The notes: a model not told the origin generated them from the letters alone. DNA of 59,773 nt from an uncultured virus (IMG/VR IMGVR_UViG_3300023105_000006) (IMGVR_UViG_3300023105_000006), one strand, 5' to 3'; numbered from the stretch's first letter, positions 46,432 to 54,826 are shown. Translations and numbers: made by a program.

Positions 46432-48255
46432 ATGAGTTTAACAAACCTAGCCCAGAAGCTCGAAGAGCAAAAGAAACTTAATGCCGATACTCTTGAGGGC
46501 ATTAATCGTGTCGGTGATGGTGTTGAGGGACTCAATAAAAACTTTACGGCCTTTTTAAAAAGTCAAGACAGAAATAAGTTTGATCAACTAGAGGCTCAGA
46601 ATAAAAAACTTCAGGCGCAGAAGGCAAGTTCTAGAGTAGACAAATCTTCGGGTGAAACCAGCAGACCCTCAATGGGTGCTTTGGCTCAAGGTGCTTTGGG
46701 CCTAGCAGCAGGTGCTGCAGCAATAAAAGCTTTTGTAGATAAATTGGATTCAAGACAAAAGACAGAGGTCAAAGAAGCTGTAGAAACTGTATTGAATCCA
46801 TTAGATCAAAACATTACCTTAAGTATTGCCAAAATTAATCAAAGATTAAATGATATTCAATCTCAGAATTCAGAGATTAAAAAAAATACCAAGGTTCCTT
46901 ACACAACACCTAAGGTATCAAAGGTTACACCTACACTTAAACCACCATCGCCGGTTACAAAAGTAACACCAACTTTACCAAAACCAATTCCAAAAGTAAC
47001 AGTTGATTATCAGGGGAAAAAATTAGATCTCCAAAAAAATGTTGGTACAAATACCTTTAGGGATGCTACTGGAAAAAATTACAGTGTAAAGAATGGTAAA
47101 GTTACTAGACTTACAGGTGGTGCCGATGCAATGGTTGTTAGAAAAGAAGCACAGGCGTTAGCCTCTCCCGACACATCTAAATCCGCGGTTAAAATAGATA
47201 CAACTACCGCTAAGCCACTAGTAGCAGATCCTACCAAGTCTATTGATCCAAACCGTAGATTCACCGCTATGAATGATGAAAGAGGTAGAGGAAATAGATA
47301 TAAAAATTATGGTATGATGATAAGGAACAGAGTAGGGGCAACAGCTTTTGTGGCTGCTCTTAATCCAGTTGAAGCTGCAGCAGAAACAGCCGCAAATGTA
47401 TTAGCTAAAGCCCAAACGATCACAAAGGGAAAATATAACCCTCTCAACAATATGATTGGTAGAACTCTTGTGAGTGGGGTATCAATACCTGGCAAGACAA
47501 TATCAGCTGCATTTAAAATTGCAGGGTCAGTGCCTGGTGCCGCACTACAAATGATGATAGCTCCAAGCTCTTTAGCTGATGGTTCTATTGATGCACCTAT
47601 GATTCAAGCTGCTTTTGATATGGAAAAAGTTGCTGCTGATAGAGGTAAAGGTGCTATAGCAGTATTATTAGCAATTCAAAAAGGTATGAAGGATTGGATA
47701 AAAACCACTGGTGGCCAAGGTATGCCTCAAGGCGAATGGGGTGTCTATTGTGAATTACTAATGAAAATGTCCACAGAAGAATTAAAGACATGGGCTCAAG
47801 AAAAACATTTCTTTAGATTCCCAGAAAAGGCTCCTGGATTTGATCCTGATGATTATACTACATGGGATAGCTATAAACAAATAATGGATTATAATGTTGT
47901 GGCAAATGAAGATCCAAATGATGGATTCTTACCTATTGAAAATCTAAGTGCCAGAAGACTAGAAAAAATGGCAGGCCGCGGCCTCTTCGGTATTCGCAGT
48001 AGATTCTTTAGAGGTAGTGGTAGTGGAAAAACCAGAATAGGTACTCAAGCCTATGCAGAACGCGGAGCCGTAAATGATATTGTTTCAAGACTCATAGAAG
48101 GTGGAACAATTACTCAATCCGGTGATACCTATATCTTTAATGGTGGAGATACCAATACTGTAAATGGTTCTGCATCAGGTGGAGGCAGTGATATACCCCC
48201 ACTTCCACCTCAAAACGTTACGACCGTAACAAACGATCTTACAGTTAATAATTAA
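46432..48255 (+). CDS. Putative tape-measure/hub protein (gp29 position)
   Basis: 607 aa, Ala/Gly/Lys-rich helical character, N-terminal coiled coil. Follows the tube and gp26-like genes, and its length is similar to T4 gp29. Confidence 0.55.
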   Translation: MSLTNLAQKLEEQKKLNADTLEGINRVGDGVEGLNKNFTAFLKSQDRNKFDQLEAQNKKLQAQKASSRVDKSSGETSRPSMGALAQGALGLAAGAAAIKAFVDKLDSRQKTEVKEAVETVLNPLDQNITLSIAKINQRLNDIQSQNSEIKKNTKVPYTTPKVSKVTPTLKPPSPVTKVTPTLPKPIPKVTVDYQGKKLDLQKNVGTNTFRDATGKNYSVKNGKVTRLTGGADAMVVRKEAQALASPDTSKSAVKIDTTTAKPLVADPTKSIDPNRRFTAMNDERGRGNRYKNYGMMIRNRVGATAFVAALNPVEAAAETAANVLAKAQTITKGKYNPLNNMIGRTLVSGVSIPGKTISAAFKIAGSVPGAALQMMIAPSSLADGSIDAPMIQAAFDMEKVAADRGKGAIAVLLAIQKGMKDWIKTTGGQGMPQGEWGVYCELLMKMSTEELKTWAQEKHFFRFPEKAPGFDPDDYTTWDSYKQIMDYNVVANEDPNDGFLPIENLSARRLEKMAGRGLFGIRSRFFRGSGSGKTRIGTQAYAERGAVNDIVSRLIEGGTITQSGDTYIFNGGDTNTVNGSASGGGSDIPPLPPQNVTTVTNDLTVNN

Positions 48256-48258
48256 ATC

Positions 48259-48292
48259 AAAAGGGCGCCCTTCCTAGGTGACGCCCTTTCTA
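48259..48292. terminator. Bidirectional intrinsic terminator between convergent operons
   Basis: AAAGGGCG (48260-48267) pairs with CGCCCTTT (48282-48289), with an inner CCT/AGG pair. T-rich tails on both strands. Confidence 0.75.
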
Positions 48293-48387
48293 TCTGTTCG
48301 TTTCGCAGTACAGCACCCGGCTAGCTTTCCAATCGGTACCAGCGACTCACCGACCATTCCTGAGCTGCAGACTGCAGGGATGGGTTT
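48293..48387. ncRNA. Candidate structured non-coding RNA (unassigned)
   Basis: GC-rich non-coding island with stems CTGT/ACAG, TCGGT/ACCGA and CCATTCCTG/CAGGGATGG. Confidence 0.4.
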
Positions 48388-48651
48388 CTATACCTCAATA
48401 TCTACAACATCCCCTGGGCGATATTCCGCAGCATTAAGGTATTTCTGTAATCTTTCATCATTAATAGTTTCCGTCATTCTGTCTTTTGCTTCATAATACT
48501 TTTTCAAAACATCCATATTAATCGAAGCACGAGTAGACGGCTCAACAACTCTTTTGGCTTCTTTGGTAGGATATACAGGGGGCGGAATATTCTCCGAGTT
48601 TGGATAGATCGTATTAAACGGCATATTCTTTGAAGCCCCTTGTATATCCAT
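48388..48651 (-). CDS. Hypothetical protein
   Basis: 87-aa ORF starting 4 nt after the gp32 stop. Confidence 0.65.
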   Translation of the reverse strand: MDIQGASKNMPFNTIYPNSENIPPPVYPTKEAKRVVEPSTRASINMDVLKKYYEAKDRMTETINDERLQKYLNAAEYRPGDVVDIEV

Positions 48652-48655
48652 TTTC

Positions 48656-49585
48656 TTAGTCTTCCGCTGCCAGCTTAGCGAAATAACTCATTGTATCATC
48701 CTCTTCCATAGAAGACTCAGCCGTACGAATAGTTGGTTCGGGTGCTGTAGCTGCTGTAGGAGCTGGACGAGAATCAAAGCCCGGAATAGAATCAATATCG
48801 TCTAGGCTCTCCATGACCTTTGCTGTCATTGGAGTAGAAGACTCACCTAATACCACAGCCAGACGAGATTGCAATTCATCATATGTCTTATAGTTCTTAG
48901 GATCTGTCCACTCTGATAGATCATGTTGTTGATTATAGATTGCTTCTAGTTCTTCATCACTACCAGGAATGGCTGATGCAGACTTAAAGGCGGATGTATC
49001 ATAATTCGGATAACCTTCTACCTTACGAATCTTCAATGTAAAGTCAGCCCCTTCCCACATATCAAATGGATTGATAGGTTTCTCGTCAGGGAACTGAGGT
49101 TGCATTGTATCCATAATCTTATCAAAGATCTTTTTACCAAAGCGATAGAGCATTACTTTACCCTCATTCTCTGGTGCAGATGGATCTGAGATAATCAACA
49201 CATTAGCAACATAACGTAGGTTACGTTTACGTTCACGAACTGTCCGCTTTGCTTCTTCTGAACCATCTTGGTTCCAAAGCTTAGAGTTCATCTCTGCTAA
49301 TGGATCGGCTTGACCAATAGATGTAAGAGATTTCTCTACATACCATTGACCTGTTGGGCCCTTAAAGAAATGGTCCCAGTAACGCACCCAAGGAGTAGGT
49401 GCTTCTGCGTCTCCAGGAAGGAAACGAATTACAGCATAACCATTACCAGCCTTATCTCGAGTTGGTTGCCAGAAACGATCATCAGTAACATTATGCTTCT
49501 TCTGTTCTTCTGGACCTGCATTACCTGCTGCTTCTACTAAAGCCGAAAGGTCTGTGCGGTTACGTTTTAGTGCTGCAAAACTCAT
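48656..49585 (-). CDS. gp32: Single-stranded DNA-binding protein gp32
   Basis: DDRFW.P..DKAGNGYAVIRFLP; H.FKGPTG.WY.E.SLTSIG..DP; FGKKIFDKI; NPFD.WEGA.F.LKI; acidic tail DDTMSYFAKLA. Confidence 0.97.
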   Translation of the reverse strand: MSFAALKRNRTDLSALVEAAGNAGPEEQKKHNVTDDRFWQPTRDKAGNGYAVIRFLPGDAEAPTPWVRYWDHFFKGPTGQWYVEKSLTSIGQADPLAEMNSKLWNQDGSEEAKRTVRERKRNLRYVANVLIISDPSAPENEGKVMLYRFGKKIFDKIMDTMQPQFPDEKPINPFDMWEGADFTLKIRKVEGYPNYDTSAFKSASAIPGSDEELEAIYNQQHDLSEWTDPKNYKTYDELQSRLAVVLGESSTPMTAKVMESLDDIDSIPGFDSRPAPTAATAPEPTIRTAESSMEEDDTMSYFAKLAAED

Positions 49586-49662
49586 ATGTATTCTCCGTAT
49601 ATTAATTGTATATCTTTGTGTATTTTATTGTCCACTATATCATTATAAAGAATTATATAGTA
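49586..49662 (-). promoter_or_regulatory. gp32 leader: hairpin followed by an A-rich repeated tract (candidate autogenous translational operator)
   Basis: ACTATAT/ATATAGT stem (49634-49661) containing TATAAT, then AATAAAATACACAAAGATATACAATTAATATACGGAGAATACATATG. Confidence 0.5.
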
Positions 49663-49893
49663 TTAGTCAATCGGCAAAGTGTTGCCTTTTGGTAAAAAAT
49701 TTAAATTCATAGCCTCAGCTTCAAGTTTGTCTTTTATGGCTGGGGCTATGTATTTTCTAACATCCTCTAGATCTAAATCAACATCATCACAAACATGTAT
49801 GATTGCATCCATGTAAGATGACTTATGCTCTTTTACGATTCTTTCTACGAGCTTTGTGAACCTTGCCTTTGTTAGAAATCTTTCTTCCTGCAT
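49663..49893 (-). CDS. gp33: Late promoter transcription co-activator gp33
   Basis: F...VE..V.....SYMDAI...C....D.E.V.K.I...IKDKLE.EA..LNFL. Upstream of gp32. Confidence 0.9.
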   Translation of the reverse strand: MQEERFLTKARFTKLVERIVKEHKSSYMDAIIHVCDDVDLDLEDVRKYIAPAIKDKLEAEAMNLNFLPKGNTLPID

Positions 49894-50359
49894 TATTTCC
49901 TAATTCCATTTCTAAAGTCCACTCACCTCCTAAATCAGGATAGTAGACGCCTAATGTTCTTTTTACATTGCCATTCTTATCATAAGCTAAATGTGTACAA
50001 CGTAATTTTACTTTTTGTTCTCTATCAGCGCCTGCTCTATTATCAAGCCAGATACCAGTTCTAATATAGGCCTGCATATTATGTAGATAACCTTCTTCAA
50101 CATGATATGCAGCTTTTTCCTTACGGTCATTAGAATTCTTCAACGCCTTCATGGCCCGAAGTTTCAATTGCTGATCCTTAATCCATTTACGAACCTTCTT
50201 AGGTGATAATGGATGATCATCAGTCAGATCTCTAATGGATTCATGTACGCTGACATTCTTAGCGGGGCCCTTAGCTGCCCGTGCTTTTTCCAAACGAAGT
50301 GTCAACTCTTCTTTTTGCTTTGGTGTGAGAACTCTTTTCTTCTTTAAAGGTTTGACCAT
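49823..50359 (-). CDS. Conserved basic hypothetical protein found upstream of gp33 in marine T4-like phages
   Basis: RLEKAR.AK...HPLS..KV..WIK...Y..NM..Y.RTG.WLD. GGAGG RBS and its own sigma70-like promoter. Confidence 0.75.
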   Translation of the reverse strand: MVKPLKKKRVLTPKQKEELTLRLEKARAAKGPAKNVSVHESIRDLTDDHPLSPKKVRKWIKDQQLKLRAMKALKNSNDRKEKAAYHVEEGYLHNMQAYIRTGIWLDNRAGADREQKVKLRCTHLAYDKNGNVKRTLGVYYPDLGGEWTLEMELGNNAGRKISNKGKVHKARRKNRKRA

Positions 50360-50382
50360 TTGTATCCTCCAACATATAATTT

Positions 50383-50411
50383 ATTATAACATCAAACGAA
50401 ACAAATGTCAC
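50383..50411 (-). promoter_or_regulatory. Sigma70-like promoter GTGACA-N17-TATAAT
   Basis: -35 at 50406-50411, -10 at 50383-50388. Confidence 0.7.
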
Positions 50412-51574
50412 GAATTATTTTTAGCCATTTCAATTAAAGTGTCTTTGATACCAAGTCTTTCAATGTTAAATTTATAACTTTGGGCTTCCCATGTACCAAG
50501 TTCAATGTTCATCATCTCCATATGATCTATATTTTCTTTGGTAACCAATTTGACTATGTTACTAAACTCAGATCCTTCTTTAAAATCTTTTTGTAATTTT
50601 TGTGTGGAACGTTTTTTTGCGTCATTCCAGAAATCGTTTTTAAATGTAGAGCCTGACATATAATGCATGCATATGATTGACTCAACGGCATTAATTTCAT
50701 TTTCATATAGGTTCTGTGCAAACTCGGATGGAAACACACCGTGCCATAAATTTAATGCTGTATTCATTATCTTAATGGCTGAAGCTGACGTTGTTGCTTC
50801 TAATGGTTCTACAAAAAATGATGCATTGCCGTTATATACAACTTTATTTGAAAAATTATTATTTTTATAATAACTTTTAAATTGTATATGATTTGTAGTA
50901 TCACTTGGTGTCAAACCAAAATCTTCAAATACACTTTGTACATCCTTCTTTATATTTGACAGAGAAGTATAATTAGAATTATAAAGATAACCAATAGAAC
51001 ATCTATTCTGTATGGGGATGCCAAACACCCAACCATAGGGCCGGGCTATAGTTAATGTTTCCATAAATTCTGGGCGATCCCAATAACACTGTGTCACAAA
51101 ACAACTGTCAACCGATACATGATCAAGTGGTGTATAATCACTATAATCTTTAGGAGAGCCAGAACAAATCATTACATGATCAGCGTCAAGATCATTTGGA
51201 TTCTCTACATACATGTTAATAATATTAATGCGTGGTGAGGTTTTTACAAAATCATATATCTTATTTTGGAGATCAACTGCGGACATGTGGATACCAAATT
51301 CACCAAAAGGAAAAGAGTGTGAAAACGTTTCCTCAGTCCAATTTTTTTTATAAATGCCTAATTTAGGAACCGCATTAAATTCCGACATAGCATTATTGGT
51401 CCAATCAAATGTTTGTAAAAGTTTTGCAACTGCTAATGTAGTTCCTTCGCCAACTGATGTAGTAGGAATACTACTATCAAATATCCAATCAATATGCCAA
51501 TCAGTACGTTGTAAAAAATAATTAATGGCAAGGCAGCCAATGGTGCCTTTACCGACAATTGCAAGTTTTTTCAT
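50408..51574 (-). CDS. Tryptophan halogenase (PrnA)-family flavin-dependent enzyme
   Basis: IVGKGTIG Rossmann motif, SVGEGT, AVPKLGIYKKNW (Lys at the catalytic position), GWVFGIP...R.SIGY, GNASFFVEPLEAT. Confidence 0.85.
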   Translation of the reverse strand: MKKLAIVGKGTIGCLAINYFLQRTDWHIDWIFDSSIPTTSVGEGTTLAVAKLLQTFDWTNNAMSEFNAVPKLGIYKKNWTEETFSHSFPFGEFGIHMSAVDLQNKIYDFVKTSPRINIINMYVENPNDLDADHVMICSGSPKDYSDYTPLDHVSVDSCFVTQCYWDRPEFMETLTIARPYGWVFGIPIQNRCSIGYLYNSNYTSLSNIKKDVQSVFEDFGLTPSDTTNHIQFKSYYKNNNFSNKVVYNGNASFFVEPLEATTSASAIKIMNTALNLWHGVFPSEFAQNLYENEINAVESIICMHYMSGSTFKNDFWNDAKKRSTQKLQKDFKEGSEFSNIVKLVTKENIDHMEMMNIELGTWEAQSYKFNIERLGIKDTLIEMAKNNS

Positions 51575-51762
51575 TAATCTACTTTACTTATTTCCCATTC
51601 GCCATCTTCGGTTCGTTCGGCATGTATATAGCCTTCGGCGATTAAATACTCTATAGTATTCTCAATGATGAATTCGGGCGGAAATCTATTACTCCATGAT
51701 CTACCGATCATAAAGGAACAGAAAGAAGCCGCAGCGAAAAGTATCCAAATTATATCAAACAT
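51574..51762 (-). CDS. Small membrane protein
   Basis: Likely start MFDIIWILF at 51762; N-terminal hydrophobic segment. Confidence 0.55.
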   Translation of the reverse strand: MFDIIWILFAAASFCSFMIGRSWSNRFPPEFIIENTIEYLIAEGYIHAERTEDGEWEISKVD

Positions 51763-51770
51763 GATTATAT

Positions 51771-52079
51771 TTATGTAAATGAAATTACGCGATCTACACG
51801 GAATGAACGCCATTCACATTTTAGAGTATCCCAAACAGCAATTGTATCTTCATTGCGCTGGCGTTTAGGATCATGTTTATCACCAGCAGTGGTTAATGCT
51901 GATTCCATTAGAGTGCATTGCATATCCCGCGTTTCACCATTAACCTTAGTAAAGATTACACGACAGACCCGCTTATGCAATTCCTGAATCATCCAGCTAC
52001 GATCATATGTCATAGTACCGTCCTCTTGTTCTTGTAAAATCATTTCCATTTCCTTTGTATCATAAAAAATTCCGGTCAT
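51771..52079 (-). CDS. WYL_2/SH3 beta-barrel (DUF2693-like) protein
   Basis: V.FTKVNGE.R.M.CT.......IAVWD.....WRSFR.D.V signature. Confidence 0.8.
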   Translation of the reverse strand: MTGIFYDTKEMEMILQEQEDGTMTYDRSWMIQELHKRVCRVIFTKVNGETRDMQCTLMESALTTAGDKHDPKRQRNEDTIAVWDTLKCEWRSFRVDRVISFT

Positions 52080-52228
52080 CCCTGCACATATAACCTTTCA
52101 CAGAGATTCTTAAGAATAGCATCACTCTTTTCAAGCTGTTGCTTTAGCTTAGCTACTTCATGACGCAGGTAACCAATCTGATCAGCCTGCTCATGCAATT
52201 TCATTTCTAGTTGCCGAGTATCACTCAT
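52076..52228 (-). CDS. Small coiled-coil hypothetical protein (50 aa)
   Basis: Not in the track. MSDTRQLEMKLHEQADQIGYLRHEVAKLKQQLEKSDAILKNLCERLYVQG*, with ATGA overlaps at both ends. Confidence 0.7.
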   Translation of the reverse strand: MSDTRQLEMKLHEQADQIGYLRHEVAKLKQQLEKSDAILKNLCERLYVQG

Positions 52229-52359
52229 TTATACAACATCCTTCCACATGTTAAAAAAGAATTTTCTTGAAGACAATCTGACCATACATGTATTGTATAC
52301 CAAACCCCAAATCCAATTAAGGCAATAACACCTATTGCCTTAATCCCAATCGTTATCAT
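52225..52359 (-). CDS. Small membrane protein
   Basis: MITIGIKAIGVIALIGFGVWYTIHVW...; start uncertain. Confidence 0.5.
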   Translation of the reverse strand: MITIGIKAIGVIALIGFGVWYTIHVWSDCLQENSFLTCGRMLYK

Positions 52360-52582
52360 GTCTTGTTGTTTCATAGAAGGTCTCTCCATAATATTGTTTA
52401 GCATACTTAGATGCATCAGTCCAATGCATCTCTTCTTTACGAAGCATAGAACGATCCTCACGCTTTACTTTAGCCTGACGAGCCTGTTTCTTCATAAAGG
52501 TAGCCTGCTTACGCTTTTCCGCATTACGAAACTTTGTAAGCTCTTTTTTCAACTCACTAGCGAATAGATTCTTTCCAGCCAT
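52340..52582 (-). CDS. Hypothetical basic protein
   Basis: 80-aa ORF in a tightly packed minus-strand run. Confidence 0.65.
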   Translation of the reverse strand: MAGKNLFASELKKELTKFRNAEKRKQATFMKKQARQAKVKREDRSMLRKEEMHWTDASKYAKQYYGETFYETTRHDNDWD

Positions 52583-52751
52583 TCTCAGCCAACCTTTCTA
52601 ACATTTTTTTATACTCATTAGAGTTTAACTCAATTTTAGTACGAAAGCAACCGTTAAAGTGTTCTTTCATTGTTGCTCCGCCACCATGCCAAGACTCGGT
52701 GATATAGTATACCTTATCTGGCTGGTTATCATGAACGAACTTCATCCCCAA
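52557..52751 (-). CDS. Hypothetical protein
   Basis: 64-aa ORF overlapping its neighbours. Confidence 0.55.
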   Translation of the reverse strand: MGMKFVHDNQPDKVYYITESWHGGGATMKEHFNGCFRTKIELNSNEYKKMLERLAENGWKESIR

Positions 52752-52975
52752 TCCTTTTTATCTCCAGTGGATTCATTATAAGCATAACCCTTATAATACT
52801 CCTCCACTTGACGATCAGACATTCCCGATCTATCTACGCGAGGTGTAGTATTAGTTGCGCCGATAAAAAAATGAGGATCAAAGCGACGACCATAATACGA
52901 ATCAGCCGATCCGCGATCAAAAGGACCTCCATGCCGAGCATCATATTCTTCTCCTTCGAATTCAACATATCTCAT
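52742..52975 (-). CDS. Conserved phage hypothetical protein (RHGGPFDRG.ADSYY motif)
   Basis: RHGGPFDRGSADSYYGR...Y.KGY..NE..GDKKDWG. TAATG-coupled to the upstream gene. Confidence 0.75.
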   Translation of the reverse strand: MRYVEFEGEEYDARHGGPFDRGSADSYYGRRFDPHFFIGATNTTPRVDRSGMSDRQVEEYYKGYAYNESTGDKKDWG

Positions 52976-53262
52976 TACTCCACGATCTCCAGACCGTCAT
53001 ACTCTTGCTCAACTGCACGATACTCTAAGATAGCTGATTCGGCATAATCTAACATTGCTTTCATTTCACGAATCTGATCAAGAACATCAATGCCTTGGCT
53101 TTGACCACCTGATGTTGTAGACATTGACCAAGAACCATATCTACGGCGGAATGAGATAGGACCACTACCCCACCAGCCTGATGATTCAAAATAAATTGTC
53201 TCACCTTCTATGTTGCCATTCCGACGATTTTCTTTTTGCTCATGCATTACTTTAATAGACAT
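52975..53262 (-). CDS. Hypothetical protein
   Basis: 95 aa, GGAGG RBS, TAATG coupling. Confidence 0.7.
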   Translation of the reverse strand: MSIKVMHEQKENRRNGNIEGETIYFESSGWWGSGPISFRRRYGSWSMSTTSGGQSQGIDVLDQIREMKAMLDYAESAILEYRAVEQEYDGLEIVE

Positions 53263-53579
53263 TATGCTACCTCCTTGAATCCTACCATACCAACTTCGTA
53301 CTCAACACCGTCAAGCTCCATACGATCAAATACTGATGTAGAACGAAGTCCCAAACCATCTTCACGCTCAACAAGAACTGTTACATCATCATTAGCATCT
53401 TCACCAATCTTCTTAGACCAGCTACCCATTACGTTGTTAGTCCAACGGAATGCATACTCCAACATTTCATTGGTACCATGATTAACAAAATCAGATACAT
53501 CAACCTTCGCTACAGATGTATATCCTTCCATATCACCTGTTACTTCGTTACGATCCATATGTTTTACGATGATTTCCAT
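53262..53579 (-). CDS. Hypothetical early protein
   Basis: Start set at MEIIVK (53579) after a GAAGGAG RBS. RSTSV.D...LDG..Y.V...GF motif. Confidence 0.7.
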   Translation of the reverse strand: MEIIVKHMDRNEVTGDMEGYTSVAKVDVSDFVNHGTNEMLEYAFRWTNNVMGSWSKKIGEDANDDVTVLVEREDGLGLRSTSVFDRMELDGVEYEVGMVGFKEVA

Positions 53580-53605
53580 TTTGATCTCCTTCATCTTATA
53601 TTATT

Positions 53606-53633
53606 AATATAATGATTATTTCAGAGATTTCAC
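53606..53633 (-). promoter_or_regulatory. Early promoter (GTGAAA-N16-TATATT) with an upstream A/T-tract region
   Basis: Shares the -10/leader TATATTA.TAA.ATA.GATGAAGGAGA with the promoters at 57.05 and 58.17 kb. Confidence 0.6.
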
Positions 53634-53703
53634 CCCGGGCACACGAAAAAAAGTGCAGAAAAGTGCATTTTGTTTTCGTTTAAAATCAATGGGTTATAAT
53701 TTT

Positions 53704-53916
53704 TTAAGAATTTTCTTTTAATTCTATTTCATATTCTTCAGCAGTACGGTTAAATATTGCGCGGCCATTAGCTTCAAATTCAGCTTTTTTGGTTTCTCTT
53801 AGCTCAGGATCCTGATCTAGGTAGTTTCGGAGTGCCATTTCTAGAGTCGTCTCGCCAATCATAACTCTCTGGAATTCAGTTCCAGGTCCTGTGTTATATA
53901 CTAGAACTTGTGTCAT
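53704..53916 (-). CDS. Hypothetical protein
   Basis: 70 aa, GAGG RBS, ATGA overlap with the upstream gene. Confidence 0.65.
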   Translation of the reverse strand: MTQVLVYNTGPGTEFQRVMIGETTLEMALRNYLDQDPELRETKKAEFEANGRAIFNRTAEEYEIELKENS

Positions 53917-54527
53917 CTTATCCTCTTATACTTAGTCTCGTTAAAAAAATCATTCCCCAAGACATCATTTATAATATCAATGTGGTTGTCTGTGAGATGT
54001 TTGGGCGTTTGGCTTTTATAATAAAAAAGATCTTCACCCTTAAATCCTTCAGACATAAACAGGCTTCCATATGCAGGAGCCTCCCAATCATCATAAGGTC
54101 TTACAAAATCTAAACGACCCAATTGGATTTGTTGGTCTTGAGCAACCAGAAGATCTTCATATCTAAAAAAATGTGTGGCTGATTCATACCAATTATTAAA
54201 CCATTTGCAATATAGGTTTATTAAATTATGAAGATTTAAGATACATTCACCATAAGAATTGTCTATCATTATTTTTCCGGGTTCTGTAACCTCAGGATAT
54301 GTTTTTGCAATGTCTGCTGGTTCACGCCATGCTATAGACTCAACCCATGTATATGGAGATTTAATAATTGCTACAGATGGTATATCACTATCCGGAACTT
54401 CTAACTGATGTTTCCATATAGATCCGTTGGCAACCGTAGCATCATAGTTATATGTAATAAGTTTTTCAAGAAATGTTGTACCAGATCGTTGTAGACCAAA
54501 GATCATAAAACTATTTTGTGTTGCCAT
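53913..54527 (-). CDS. Sulfotransferase-family (P-loop) protein
   Basis: IFGLQRSGTTFL (5'-PSB loop), IIKSPYTWVES (3'-PB-like), FRYEDL. Confidence 0.7.
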   Translation of the reverse strand: MATQNSFMIFGLQRSGTTFLEKLITYNYDATVANGSIWKHQLEVPDSDIPSVAIIKSPYTWVESIAWREPADIAKTYPEVTEPGKIMIDNSYGECILNLHNLINLYCKWFNNWYESATHFFRYEDLLVAQDQQIQLGRLDFVRPYDDWEAPAYGSLFMSEGFKGEDLFYYKSQTPKHLTDNHIDIINDVLGNDFFNETKYKRIR

Positions 54528-54726
54528 ATATCCATTCACAATCTGCTTTAGCCTGTTTAAGTGTTTTACGATGCCAAGGTACTCTATCTAATATTTTTAC
54601 TTGATAAGGTTTTTTAAATTTTACCTTATGTATTGATGCAACTTCTTTTGATATAATAGGATCCCACATAACATGATATAATTCACATGTTTCTGGATCT
54701 CTAATTTTTTCCCAACTTAGTTGCAT
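54511..54726 (-). CDS. Hypothetical protein
   Basis: Start reassigned to MQLSWEK (54726), with an AAAGG RBS just downstream of the tRNA. Confidence 0.6.
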   Translation of the reverse strand: MQLSWEKIRDPETCELYHVMWDPIISKEVASIHKVKFKKPYQVKILDRVPWHRKTLKQAKADCEWIYGNTK

Positions 54727-54741
54727 ATCGTTACCTTTATC

Positions 54742-54818
54742 TGGTGATTCCGGAAGGACTCGAACCCTCAACCTACTGATTAGAAGTCAGTTGCTCTATC
54801 CAGTTGAGCTACGGAATC
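54742..54818 (-). tRNA. trnR-TCT: tRNA-Arg (anticodon TCT), CCA encoded
   Basis: GATTCCG TAGCTCAACTGGATAGAGC A ACTGA CTTCTAA TCAGT AGGTT GAGGG TTCGAGT CCTTC CGGAATC A CCA forms a full cloverleaf of 77 nt. Confidence 0.97.
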
Positions 54819-54826
54819 ATTATAAC

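Noticed and set aside
274..47495. Many 60-215 aa ORFs antisense or out of frame within the structural genes (e.g. 20015-20488, 27724-28326, 38231-38878, 30545-31036)
   Set aside because: They are shadow frames of long, well-supported genes with biased codon usage. They lack RBSs and recognisable motifs.
48293..48387. Superficial resemblance to RNase P (AGTCGC...GGAAAG...CCGGG) or SRP RNA (GGGTGCTGT)
   Set aside because: Far too short for RNase P and lacks the SRP helix-8 CAGG/GGAA/AGCA motif. Kept only as an unassigned structured element.
51768..51775. CATAAATA (and GATAAATA at 44212-44219) as late promoters
   Set aside because: One-mismatch variants that overlap stop codons only 5 nt from the next start. 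Plausible, but not distinguishable from AT-rich background.
54727..54771. N-terminal extension of the 54511-54771 ORF and the + strand ORF 54791-55015
   Set aside because: Both overlap the tRNA-Arg gene. A better ATG with an RBS exists at 54726.
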